From positions 1 through 64,000 of IMG/VR virus record IMGVR_UViG_3300025919_000136: a stretch of DNA of 64,000 nucleotides; one strand, 5' to 3'. The notes under the pieces are model-generated. The model did not search any database and was not told the DNA's origin. It saw only the letters and a list, made by a program, of their open reading frames with translations. The stretch comes from a virus. Below are positions 18,903 through 26,671 of this stretch, one piece after another (positions within the stretch are counted from its first letter, which is position 1; every line of letters begins with the position of its first letter). The translations under genes and the position numbers were made by a program.

Positions 18903-19270
18903 TCGTTCCCCTTGGTATTGTTTGTTGGGTTTCTCTGGTCTACACGCTTCGACAAGCGGGAGAAGTTCTCCATGTCATCGTAGGTATCTTCGTTATAGTT
19001 GTACGGTCGGGCCGCACGGATGGCCTTGACCATGACCATGACCAGTCCCGCTACGTGCGGTGGAATGGCGTGCGGCAACTTGATGTTGTAGTGTGCCTCG
19101 ATGAGCCCGGTGAGCGCGATGCCCGTAGCGCGGAAGGAGTCGTTGGGGTCGCCGTAGACCTTGGACCGTTCAGCGGTGATGGCATCCAGCTTGCTGTTGC
19201 CATTTAAATGGGGCTGAGCGCCATTTACAGGCGACTTGGACGGCTTGGCGAAGGAAGCGCCGTGGCTCAT
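18890..19270 (-). CDS. DUF6378-like protein
   Basis: ERSKVYGDP.DSF...MVMVKAIR...EDTYDD pattern. Confidence 0.6.
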   Translation of the reverse strand: MSHGASFAKPSKSPVNGAQPHLNGNSKLDAITAERSKVYGDPNDSFRATGIALTGLIEAHYNIKLPHAIPPHVAGLVMVMVKAIRAARPYNYNEDTYDDMENFSRLSKRVDQRNPTNNTKGNECES

Positions 19271-20481
19271 GATTGATCTCCTGGAAGGCCATTCATGGCG
19301 TCGAATCCCCATACCTCAGAGAACTTGGCCGCGTTGCGGTCGAGCATCTCGGCTTCGACGGGTCGGGTGGGGGTCCAGTTGCGGATGTCCTTAGCCTTGA
19401 GCGAGTCGGGTTCGTCCTCGAAAATCTCCTCCATCGGTGGCTTCCACGCTATGTCAACTCCAGATTCGGCAGCCTCTATCGCAGCCTGAGTCTCGTATCG
19501 CACCCACAAGGGGCAAGGTGGCATACCATCAGTACCTTGAATCCGCTCCACGTTCGTCCCAGCGACGGGGCAGCCCACGTACTTCCCCTTCTTGATGCAC
19601 TTGGGCAGGCCTACCACTGCGAACAGCGGGTCGACTTCCACCAAGCATTTGCGCATGCCCATGATGACAGGTTCCCAAAGGCCAGCCTGAGACACCCACG
19701 ACGAGCGCTTCCCCAGAATATGTATCATCGCGGCTAGGTTGACGGACCACGTGATATCTCCGGTGGCACCGACGGGGACGAGTTGGCGGCAGTCTTCGAT
19801 GTGGACGCCAGCTTTCTGGAGCGCACGGTAGGCTTCTTGAAGCGAAGCCATAGTGTTGCGGTAGTACTCCTCTGCGTCTATCGTAAGCGGTTCGCAGCCA
19901 GGGTGGTGCGCGATTTGTACTTGCTTTCCTTTCAGCGACTCCGGTACAATGTACCGACCTTCGTCGTAGAAGGTGTCGAACGGCACTACGCGGCTGGTTT
20001 GCGCCCACCACGAGGAATCGTGGAAGTTGGGAACCTGGTCCATGTGCTGCAAGTCGCCGTCCGCTAGCAGACCTTGGATAGGTTCGGGGATGATGTCGAT
20101 GCCGACGCGAGGGTCCAACTTGGTCCCCAGGCGGTGCCTGACTAGCTGTTCGCGAAGGGATATGGGAATGCCCTGCAAGTGGAAGACGAAGTTGAGGTTC
20201 TCCACGACCGGGATGCTCTCGGCAAGGATCATCTCAACTTCGGCGCGGATAGAGGCGGCGCAGTCCTGAGATTGACCACGCTTGAAACCCAACATTTCGA
20301 TAGCTTCGTAGTGCTCAGGCTCGAAGATGTCGGAGTCGTATTGGGCGGAAGCGTTCGGATACTTCAATAGCTGTTCTATCTGGCGTGGGCTCGGCAGTGG
20401 CTTGTTGCTGCGGCTTTGGCGCCAAATATAGAAAAGTGTGCCGACGGGGTGGGATGGGGCGGAGATGAGACTGACTTTCAT
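19267..20481 (-). CDS. thyX: Divergent flavin-dependent thymidylate synthase (ThyX-fold) protein
   Basis: FVFHLQGIPISLREQLVRHR, GVHIEDCRQLVP, VNLAAMIHILGKR; insertion after RHR and a Cys-rich tail. Confidence 0.75.
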   Translation of the reverse strand: MKVSLISAPSHPVGTLFYIWRQSRSNKPLPSPRQIEQLLKYPNASAQYDSDIFEPEHYEAIEMLGFKRGQSQDCAASIRAEVEMILAESIPVVENLNFVFHLQGIPISLREQLVRHRLGTKLDPRVGIDIIPEPIQGLLADGDLQHMDQVPNFHDSSWWAQTSRVVPFDTFYDEGRYIVPESLKGKQVQIAHHPGCEPLTIDAEEYYRNTMASLQEAYRALQKAGVHIEDCRQLVPVGATGDITWSVNLAAMIHILGKRSSWVSQAGLWEPVIMGMRKCLVEVDPLFAVVGLPKCIKKGKYVGCPVAGTNVERIQGTDGMPPCPLWVRYETQAAIEAAESGVDIAWKPPMEEIFEDEPDSLKAKDIRNWTPTRPVEAEMLDRNAAKFSEVWGFDAMNGLPGDQS

Positions 20482-20514
20482 GATTCTCGGTTCCTTTTTA
20501 ACGGCTTGGATTTG

Positions 20515-20541
20515 GGGCGGTTTTCTGGGCAGAGTCTCCGC
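20515..20541 (-). repeat. 28-bp element copy (intergenic)
   Basis: gggcggttttctgggcagagtctccgc. Confidence 0.75.
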
Positions 20542-21164
20542 TACAGACTAATGGAATGCCCTGCCCGCTTCATGATTTCCTTAACGAGATCTATCGTCTG
20601 GTCAACTAATGGACGGATGAAGTCGTATCGAGGGTTCATGAATATGGCGGTGTAGTCGCGCATAGTTTGGTAGTTCTCTACCACAGTGGAGTTAGCGTTC
20701 GTGACCTCCGCGTAGAGGTAGCTTACTACGGATAGGTAGTCGGCGAAGGCCACGATGGCCCCTTCATTAGTGGAGTCCTTCGCGTTGGCCCACATTACCG
20801 CCATGCGCGTGGCGTAGGTTGGTTCGTCGAACAGACTGAGAACGAGAGCCTCGATCTCTTGCTCGGCGGCTGCATCCAGCATGTCTTTGAGTTGCGGATT
20901 GGAGTATTTGAACGGGCGTTGAAAATCGCCTGTGCGGGCTTCGTCCATGTCATGGATTAACGCACGGCGGAGCACTTGGAGTTCATTGATGTCGCGGCGC
21001 TCCGTCTCCTTGCGAATCCAGTCGCAAATGAACATAGAGTAGATGGCGACGTACGCCGTATGCTCCGCTACTCCCTCTCGGTGCAATACCAAGCTGGTCG
21101 AATGTCTGGTAACGTATCTTAGCCTGTTAACATCTCCGGTTAACATAACTCTAATGTTTAGCAC
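20541..21164 (-). CDS. HD-domain deoxynucleotidase (YfbR/DatZ-like)
   Basis: VTRH, EGVAEH, ALIHDMDEARTGD, FADYL. Confidence 0.85.
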   Translation of the reverse strand: MLNIRVMLTGDVNRLRYVTRHSTSLVLHREGVAEHTAYVAIYSMFICDWIRKETERRDINELQVLRRALIHDMDEARTGDFQRPFKYSNPQLKDMLDAAAEQEIEALVLSLFDEPTYATRMAVMWANAKDSTNEGAIVAFADYLSVVSYLYAEVTNANSTVVENYQTMRDYTAIFMNPRYDFIRPLVDQTIDLVKEIMKRAGHSISL

Positions 21165-21684
21165 TGTTTTCCTCTCTTTTTCTGGCCCATCTTAGCTTGG
21201 CTGCCTCGCTAATCTTCTTTTTCGCTTCTTCTGAAACGGGCCTGCTCGTCATACTCATAGATGTGAGTAGTCTGGTATATTCAGATGCTGGTGGCCTTGC
21301 CCTTCGCTTCTCTCCAATCTTCTTTTTGGTCTCCTCAGAATGGTTGAATCCTGGAGGACGTCCCCCTAGTTTGTTTCCGTTGCGCAAAGCATCCAGTTGA
21401 TTCTCACGTCTACTACCCCAGTATAGGTTCTCCAACCTATCATCGTCTGGGATATCATTTTTATGGCATGCGCAGTATCCTGGAGGTCTAGGCCCAACAA
21501 ACGTTTCCAAAACGCCAGCAGCGACTCGTATAGCGGTGCGGGACGAGAATCCAAACCCTCTATAGTTGCCGCTAGGGTAGATGTGGACAGGCTCCTTAGT
21601 ATCCCAAGATCTGACATTCCCTTGATCGGAGATCTCAAAGTATGGGATTTCTGGATACTCTTCCCACCTTTCCTCGTCTGCCAT
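21151..21684 (-). CDS. HNH homing endonuclease (NUMOD4-HNH-NUMOD3)
   Basis: FEISDQGNVRS, FVGPRP, CHKNDIPDDDRLENLYW, HSEETKKKIG. Confidence 0.85.
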   Translation of the reverse strand: MADEERWEEYPEIPYFEISDQGNVRSWDTKEPVHIYPSGNYRGFGFSSRTAIRVAAGVLETFVGPRPPGYCACHKNDIPDDDRLENLYWGSRRENQLDALRNGNKLGGRPPGFNHSEETKKKIGEKRRARPPASEYTRLLTSMSMTSRPVSEEAKKKISEAAKLRWARKREENSAKH

Positions 21685-21686
21685 AT

Positions 21687-22394
21687 CTACGCCCCCACTT
21701 CGGCCCCACGCGGAGCACTTTCTCCAGAAGATGGGCCAACTTCCTGCTGGGCAGCCCAGGCCTCGCAAGCTGACCAATTGAAGTATTGAGCCTTCACTGG
21801 CAGATTGGCGAGCGCACCGCTAATGCCGTATACGCTGGTGAGGCGGCTACGCTCGTAGATAGAGTTGGGGATGTAGCCGCTGAGCGAAGCATCCAGGAAC
21901 TTCTCCAACGCGAAGTACCCAGACAGGAGTCCGTCTGTCCCGTGCGTCAACATAACGTTGAGGTGCTCGGCCTTCTTTGTGGGGTGGAAGCCGACGACCA
22001 GCTTACCCAAGCCACGCGCCAAGCCCATCTCCCAGGTGGCGCCGAGGTCAGGAAGTTCTAGCTCTCGTACGGGGATCGTGATATCTACACGGAGTCCGGT
22101 AGTGGCGGATTCCTTCGGTTCCAACTTGCAAGCGCAAATGCGCTCGTTGGGCGGCAAGGCGTAGGCCAACACTGCCAGGAGCAGATCGCATTCCTGGATG
22201 GAGTCTTCGTTCCAGTTGAAAAGTGGAAGCCAAGCGGCGGGATTGGATTTCTGATCGGGAGCAGGGAGGAACGGTTCGCTACCGAGTCGTGGAGAGAGGA
22301 ATTTGTGGCCGGAAGCGGTGATTATGTCTTCGATCGTGGTGATGATGCCACGTTGGGGCTCGTTGAAGAGCGGTGCGGCTATGTAGATTTTCAT
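21687..22394 (-). CDS. Nucleoside 2-deoxyribosyltransferase / dNMP N-glycosidase family
   Basis: IYIAAPLF, DLGATWEMGLARGLGK, NVML. Confidence 0.85.
   Translation of the reverse strand: MKIYIAAPLFNEPQRGIITTIEDIITASGHKFLSPRLGSEPFLPAPDQKSNPAAWLPLFNWNEDSIQECDLLLAVLAYALPPNERICACKLEPKESATTGLRVDITIPVRELELPDLGATWEMGLARGLGKLVVGFHPTKKAEHLNVMLTHGTDGLLSGYFALEKFLDASLSGYIPNSIYERSRLTSVYGISGALANLPVKAQYFNWSACEAWAAQQEVGPSSGESAPRGAEVGA
21709..21737 (+). repeat. 28-bp element copy (in NDT 3' end)
   Basis: cgcggagcactttctccagaagatgggcc, read as GPSSGESAPR. Confidence 0.9.
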
Positions 22395-22415
22395 TGTACT
22401 CCTTGAACGGCTTAC

Positions 22416-22448
22416 CCAGTAGGAAGCGCCTACGGCGCTTCCTACTGG
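22416..22448. terminator. Perfect 15-bp hairpin
   Basis: ccagtaggaagcgcc tac ggcgcttcctactgg; no U-tract on the coding strand. Confidence 0.6.
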
Positions 22449-22475
22449 TTTAGTTGTGTAACGAACAAACGACTA

Positions 22476-23237
22476 CTACGCCGCAGCTGGTACTTCCAGA
22501 CCTTCCGGTTCAACCTCGAGGTCGGAGTAAGCCACTTCATGCTTCACGAACTTACCGTTCGCACCCGGTACTTTGACCAGCGCGATCTCGGTGTCGTCGT
22601 CGAGGGAATCAACGACGCCTTCGGTGCGTGCACCGTCCAAGTCGAAGAATGCCTTCATACCCTTGCGGAGCTCCACTTCTTCTGGAGCGGATGGGGTGGC
22701 GGGTGCGGCAGCCGACCCATTCTGGTTCGACGGCTGTGCCGTCGCACCGGAACTGGACTGGGCGGGATCGGGGCGTGGCGTCGGAGCCGGTTCCCCTTCG
22801 TCCTCGGCATTGTAGTTGGGGAGCAGCTTCACGATGCGAAGATTCTGGAAGTCGGAGTTGGGTGGGGTCTTGAGCGTGAGCTTCATCACGAGGTGCCGCT
22901 CCACCAGTTCTTCCAGTACTGTCTCGAGTTGGGTCAGGTCGATTGCAGCGGCGTCCACGCCGAGGGCACTGAGCCGCCATACCAGCGGTTCCAGGCCACG
23001 CTGGCCTTCGAGACCAAGGTACTCGTACTTCGTGGTGCCAGCCTTATCGCCCTCAAGGAAGGTGTAGCCCCAGCGGATCTGGATCTTGCCGGAGTTCTTG
23101 GACTCGTCCAAGTCGGCGCTGGTGAGCTCGGCGATGTAGGCTCCGTCCGGTGGATTTTCGAAGTTGCCCTTCTTGGCCTTCTCGACGGTTTCAGCCCATT
23201 CTTGGTTCGCTGTCTTGAGGAATCTGTTGAGGTTCAT
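22476..23237 (-). CDS. Single-stranded DNA-binding protein (DUF669-like)
   Basis: PPDGAYIAEL...ESKNSGK OB-fold start, acidic tail, follows AAA gene. Confidence 0.65.
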   Translation of the reverse strand: MNLNRFLKTANQEWAETVEKAKKGNFENPPDGAYIAELTSADLDESKNSGKIQIRWGYTFLEGDKAGTTKYEYLGLEGQRGLEPLVWRLSALGVDAAAIDLTQLETVLEELVERHLVMKLTLKTPPNSDFQNLRIVKLLPNYNAEDEGEPAPTPRPDPAQSSSGATAQPSNQNGSAAAPATPSAPEEVELRKGMKAFFDLDGARTEGVVDSLDDDTEIALVKVPGANGKFVKHEVAYSDLEVEPEGLEVPAAA

Positions 23238-23317
23238 TTTGTCGGTTCCTTAACCTTTGTAGGTTACCTTTGCGTAGATTTGTTGGCATTGTGGTGCCTG
23301 TCATGTGGCAGAAAGTA

Positions 23318-23345
23318 GGCCCATCTTCTGGGAGAGGTACTCCGC
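23318..23345 (-). repeat. 28-bp element copy (intergenic)
   Basis: ggcccatcttctgggagaggtactccgc. Confidence 0.9.
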
Positions 23346-23381
23346 AGTCCATAGGTAGTTGGGTGCGCTGTGCGCACCCAA

Positions 23382-24299
23382 CTAACGACGGCCCGCAGGA
23401 AGCTTCGCCTTCGTCTCAGAGAGGCCGGTGCGGACCTTGGGTTCGTTGGTGTCCGTTTGCAAGTTATTGAAGGCGTCCAGGATGTTGGAGTAGCCCTCGG
23501 CGGCAGAGTTGCCCATGGGGATAGAGTGGATCCGCTTCTTGGGATCCTCAGAAGAAACGAAGTGACCATCGACACGGTGGCCAGCGTCAACCATATCGCT
23601 CCCAGAAATCGTGAGCAACCGGTCGTGACCGTAGTAGCCATAGTAGGCAATGATATCCACGAAGCCGGTCACGAACTTGCGCGCTTGTCCGGGCATGGTG
23701 GGGATAATCTTGTTGTACTTCCCGCCAGAAGCTTCCTGGAATTCGGACTCCGTAGCGTGACTGAGGAACATGACGCCAACACCGACCGCGATCAGGTCGA
23801 GAATGACGCTGGTGAACTCCTTCTTGATCATGCTCCAGGTCTTGCCGAAGTCGTTCATCTCGGATGGGTGGTCGAAGCCTTCACGTCGACCCACGTAGTC
23901 CGTGCACTTCTCGTAGGCGATGTCAATCGTGTCGATTACGATCGTGGAGTACTGTGATGGGTTGGCCTTGATCGCCTTGACGTAGCCCTTGAAGGCATCC
24001 CAGGAACCAATCTCCACTTGGTAGATGGAGAGCCCCTTGCCACCAGGCTCGAACATCATGAAGAGCGCGTCAGGGAACTGCGCTGCCAGGGAGGTCTTGC
24101 CGATCTTCCGCTCCCCGTAGATGAGCCAGGTGTAGTCGCCGAGTTCGTCGCGCGGCGTGGACTTGGTGGTTGGAAGAGCGAATGCACCGCCACCACTACC
24201 ACCAGATGGGGCGGGTGGTTGGGCACCGTTCGTTGCGAGTTGGTTGGTGGTGGGTGGTTGGTTGAGCGGGGTACTACTTCTTACGGGGATGGATGCCAT
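23382..24299 (-). CDS. AAA_24 ATPase (Sak4-like recombinase)
   Basis: LIYGERKIGKTS, TIVIDTID, FLSH. Confidence 0.8.
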   Translation of the reverse strand: MASIPVRSSTPLNQPPTTNQLATNGAQPPAPSGGSGGGAFALPTTKSTPRDELGDYTWLIYGERKIGKTSLAAQFPDALFMMFEPGGKGLSIYQVEIGSWDAFKGYVKAIKANPSQYSTIVIDTIDIAYEKCTDYVGRREGFDHPSEMNDFGKTWSMIKKEFTSVILDLIAVGVGVMFLSHATESEFQEASGGKYNKIIPTMPGQARKFVTGFVDIIAYYGYYGHDRLLTISGSDMVDAGHRVDGHFVSSEDPKKRIHSIPMGNSAAEGYSNILDAFNNLQTDTNEPKVRTGLSETKAKLPAGRR

Positions 24300-24651
24300 T
24301 GAAATACATCTCCTTTAACTGCTTGCTTGAAACGATGCTACGCTGTTGGTTGATTGGAAGTGGGATGTCAACGTCGTAGCGTATGTAAATGAAACGACAG
24401 TCTTCGTAGCCGGATCGATGACGATTAGGACATTGGGTGCGGATCTCTGACGGTGTCAGCTTCTTGAAGAGATTCTTATGGTCGTCCTCCCGTTCCAAGA
24501 CGATAGTTGCCCCGCAAGCTGAACACCTTCCACTTCGGCCCACCCACCATTTGTTAGGTAGACGAACAGGAGTGGAAGAGTTCAGCTTGCGTTGCCCACT
24601 ACTTATAGTTGTGGTGGTAGTGTGGGTCGAACTACACGACATTGTCCGCAC
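24274..24651 (-). CDS. Zn-ribbon hypothetical protein
   Basis: CSAC...CPN; start uncertain. Confidence 0.45.
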   Translation of the reverse strand: MRTMSCSSTHTTTTTISSGQRKLNSSTPVRLPNKWWVGRSGRCSACGATIVLEREDDHKNLFKKLTPSEIRTQCPNRHRSGYEDCRFIYIRYDVDIPLPINQQRSIVSSKQLKEMYFNGIHPRKK

Positions 24652-24934
24652 CTACCAAAGGCTCGCCGTCCGTGCCGACCGCAACCACATTCTGTTCCTG
24701 AAGGATTTGCTGATCCTCTGGAGAGAGCTTGGGTTGCTTGCTGGTCGCCTTGCGCTCCGCAATAGCTTTGGTACAAGTCGGGCACAGATCGATAATCGAC
24801 TGCAGCTTCCAACCTGCAGCGACGGCTTGCTGCTTCGCTTCAGCTGCCGAGGCAGCCTCGTAGTTAGCAGTGGAGCCCTCGTGCGGGTCGCCATTGGAAC
24901 ACTGGAGCGAGAGAACGAATCGTCCGTTTTTCAT
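24632..24934 (-). CDS. Hypothetical protein
   Basis: AGWK...DLCPTC; GGTG ribosome-binding site. Confidence 0.55.
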   Translation of the reverse strand: MKNGRFVLSLQCSNGDPHEGSTANYEAASAAEAKQQAVAAGWKLQSIIDLCPTCTKAIAERKATSKQPKLSPEDQQILQEQNVVAVGTDGEPLVGADNVV

Positions 24935-24942
24935 AATATCAC

Positions 24943-25104
24943 CTACTTCCGTTGCGTTCGATACATATCCGAAGGTTGAGTTGTCTTAGTAAGTTCTTCC
25001 AGCGCCTTCGCTATCCTAGTGAGCGGTTCGTGGACGTACATCGCTCCCAGAAAAACGGAGGCCGCAAGAAGAAAGATGGCGGTGGCTACAAGAATGGATT
25101 CCAT
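24943..25104 (-). CDS. Small membrane protein (53 aa, not in ORF track)
   Basis: MESILVATAIFLLAASVFLGAM... translated by hand. Confidence 0.5.
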   Translation of the reverse strand: MESILVATAIFLLAASVFLGAMYVHEPLTRIAKALEELTKTTQPSDMYRTQRK

Positions 25105-25116
25105 ATCTATTTATAG

Positions 25117-25593
25117 TTAGAATACATGAACCGAACAACACATAGCGGCAAGTTCAATTGCATTTTCTGGGGAGGGATCATCGTACCGTTCAGCGGTACT
25201 GAGAGCCTCCAGCATGGTTAGTTCGAACCGCTTCTGGTTCGGGTCGTCCTTGCAGGGTACATACGCCGAGTACTCTCCAGCCACCCACTTGCGTGAACCA
25301 CGGTGGGTGTTAGAGTTCAGTGTTTGCACTGCACCCCTCAATTGGGTGCGAAGGGTTTCCACCAGCGATCGGTGGGCCAAGTACGGTGGTTCCATTGGCG
25401 AGCATTCCTTGCACATCGGGCAGCGCCAAGAACCATCTACGTACTCGTTGGTAGTGATCCAACTTGTATCCATCTGGAACACGCAGTCACACTTGGGGCA
25501 TTCTTCCTGCCGAATGAGGGCTACATACTCCGTTGGCGGATAGTAGAACTCGTTCAAGTCGGCGTGAGTGTAGACTTTCTTGATTAGGTCCAT
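25117..25593 (-). CDS. Zn-finger hypothetical protein
   Basis: CPKC...CPMC. Confidence 0.55.
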   Translation of the reverse strand: MDLIKKVYTHADLNEFYYPPTEYVALIRQEECPKCDCVFQMDTSWITTNEYVDGSWRCPMCKECSPMEPPYLAHRSLVETLRTQLRGAVQTLNSNTHRGSRKWVAGEYSAYVPCKDDPNQKRFELTMLEALSTAERYDDPSPENAIELAAMCCSVHVF

Positions 25594-25699
25594 GGTTAGT
25601 CCACCGTCGCTACCAAATCACTGTTATCCAAACTACAACGCCTCTGAGTTCGTAATACAACTTGCAGTGCGTGCTCTCCGGGTAGCGCACGGTCGCCAA

Positions 25700-25999
25700 C
25701 TATCCATTCTGGTAAATCTGAATGTTGATGAAGTCGCGACTGACACCCTCACGCTCCAGTTCGTTGCCGGGATTGGCGTGACCCGACATCGAAACGCTGT
25801 AGGAATGGTCTCCTCCGCCCAAGGCGGTGCTCCTAAGAATCTCATAAACGGCACGCTTGGCACTCGCCGCCGCTGCGTCGCGCTCAGTCGGGCAGTCCGT
25901 GTTGCCCAACACTTCGGCGTCCATAATGGTCGCCTCTAGTGCCTCGACAGGAACCGTCCCTTTCGGGATTGTTACGCTTGCACTCCAACTCATAAACAC
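25700..25999 (-). CDS. Hypothetical protein
   Basis: SMSGHANPG motif; GGAGG ribosome-binding site. Confidence 0.55.
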   Translation of the reverse strand: MFMSWSASVTIPKGTVPVEALEATIMDAEVLGNTDCPTERDAAAASAKRAVYEILRSTALGGGDHSYSVSMSGHANPGNELEREGVSRDFINIQIYQNG

Positions 26000-26004
26000 C
26001 TCCG

Positions 26005-26208
26005 TTACAACCTTCTCAACCTCTCTCGCAACACACCCTCAACCGCCGCCACGCTCAGTTCCTCGCGCTCCGCGATGTCAAAGATGGTATCACCCGACAG
26101 AAACCGCTCAACGACTCTGCGATTGACTGAAGGCGCTACGCGTGTCAGTTGCGATAAGTCCCAGTCCGACTCGTCCATCTCGTGAGTGAGCCAGTCACCT
26201 GCGGTCAT
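26005..26208 (-). CDS. Small HTH-like protein
   Basis: GDTIFDIAEREELSVAAVEGVLR. Confidence 0.45.
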   Translation of the reverse strand: MTAGDWLTHEMDESDWDLSQLTRVAPSVNRRVVERFLSGDTIFDIAEREELSVAAVEGVLRERLRRL

Positions 26209-26437
26209 ATTGCGCTCCGTGCATTGCGCCAGACACCACCAGATAGGGCGAGTTGCGGTGACTTTCCTCAATCCACTGAGCCGATGCCGCCCCCATCTCA
26301 ATCAGCGCGGCCTGAATTGCCTCCCGCGCGGCTTTCTCGTGCTCCTGCGGTAGCCCCAACTCAATCATTTTTTCCAATAGGATTTTTGTCCGTTCTGTGT
26401 AATCCATTGCAGTCATCTCCATATGGTTTTGCAGCAA
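26195..26437 (-). CDS. Hypothetical protein
   Basis: Fills the gene chain. Confidence 0.45.
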   Translation of the reverse strand: MLQNHMEMTAMDYTERTKILLEKMIELGLPQEHEKAAREAIQAALIEMGAASAQWIEESHRNSPYLVVSGAMHGAQYDRR

Positions 26438-26455
26438 CCATACTGCGTGTTCGTC

Positions 26456-26665
26456 TTACCGTGCTCCCCAAACCTCGTCCACACGCTCGACACAGGCGTC
26501 TGTCACCTGTACCCAACGATGCCCATACAGCCAGCCGCCCACCTTGGCCCAACGTCCACCACGATTTCGGCGATACCACCGCAACTGCGACGGCTCAATA
26601 CCAAACAGCGGACCTATTAGCTGTATAATAAGGTACACTAAGATAACGTTTATGATAAACTTCAT
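26456..26665 (-). CDS. Small membrane protein (paralogue of 33013-33213)
   Basis: N-terminal TM + WYRRNRGGRWAK...RWVQVTD. Confidence 0.6.
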   Translation of the reverse strand: MKFIINVILVYLIIQLIGPLFGIEPSQLRWYRRNRGGRWAKVGGWLYGHRWVQVTDACVERVDEVWGAR

Positions 26666-26671
26666 TTAGTG

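Noticed and set aside
18890-21164. Z-genome (2-aminoadenine) pathway
   Set aside because: HD and DUF6378-like genes are present, but no PurZ or adenylosuccinate synthetase homologue is in the window.
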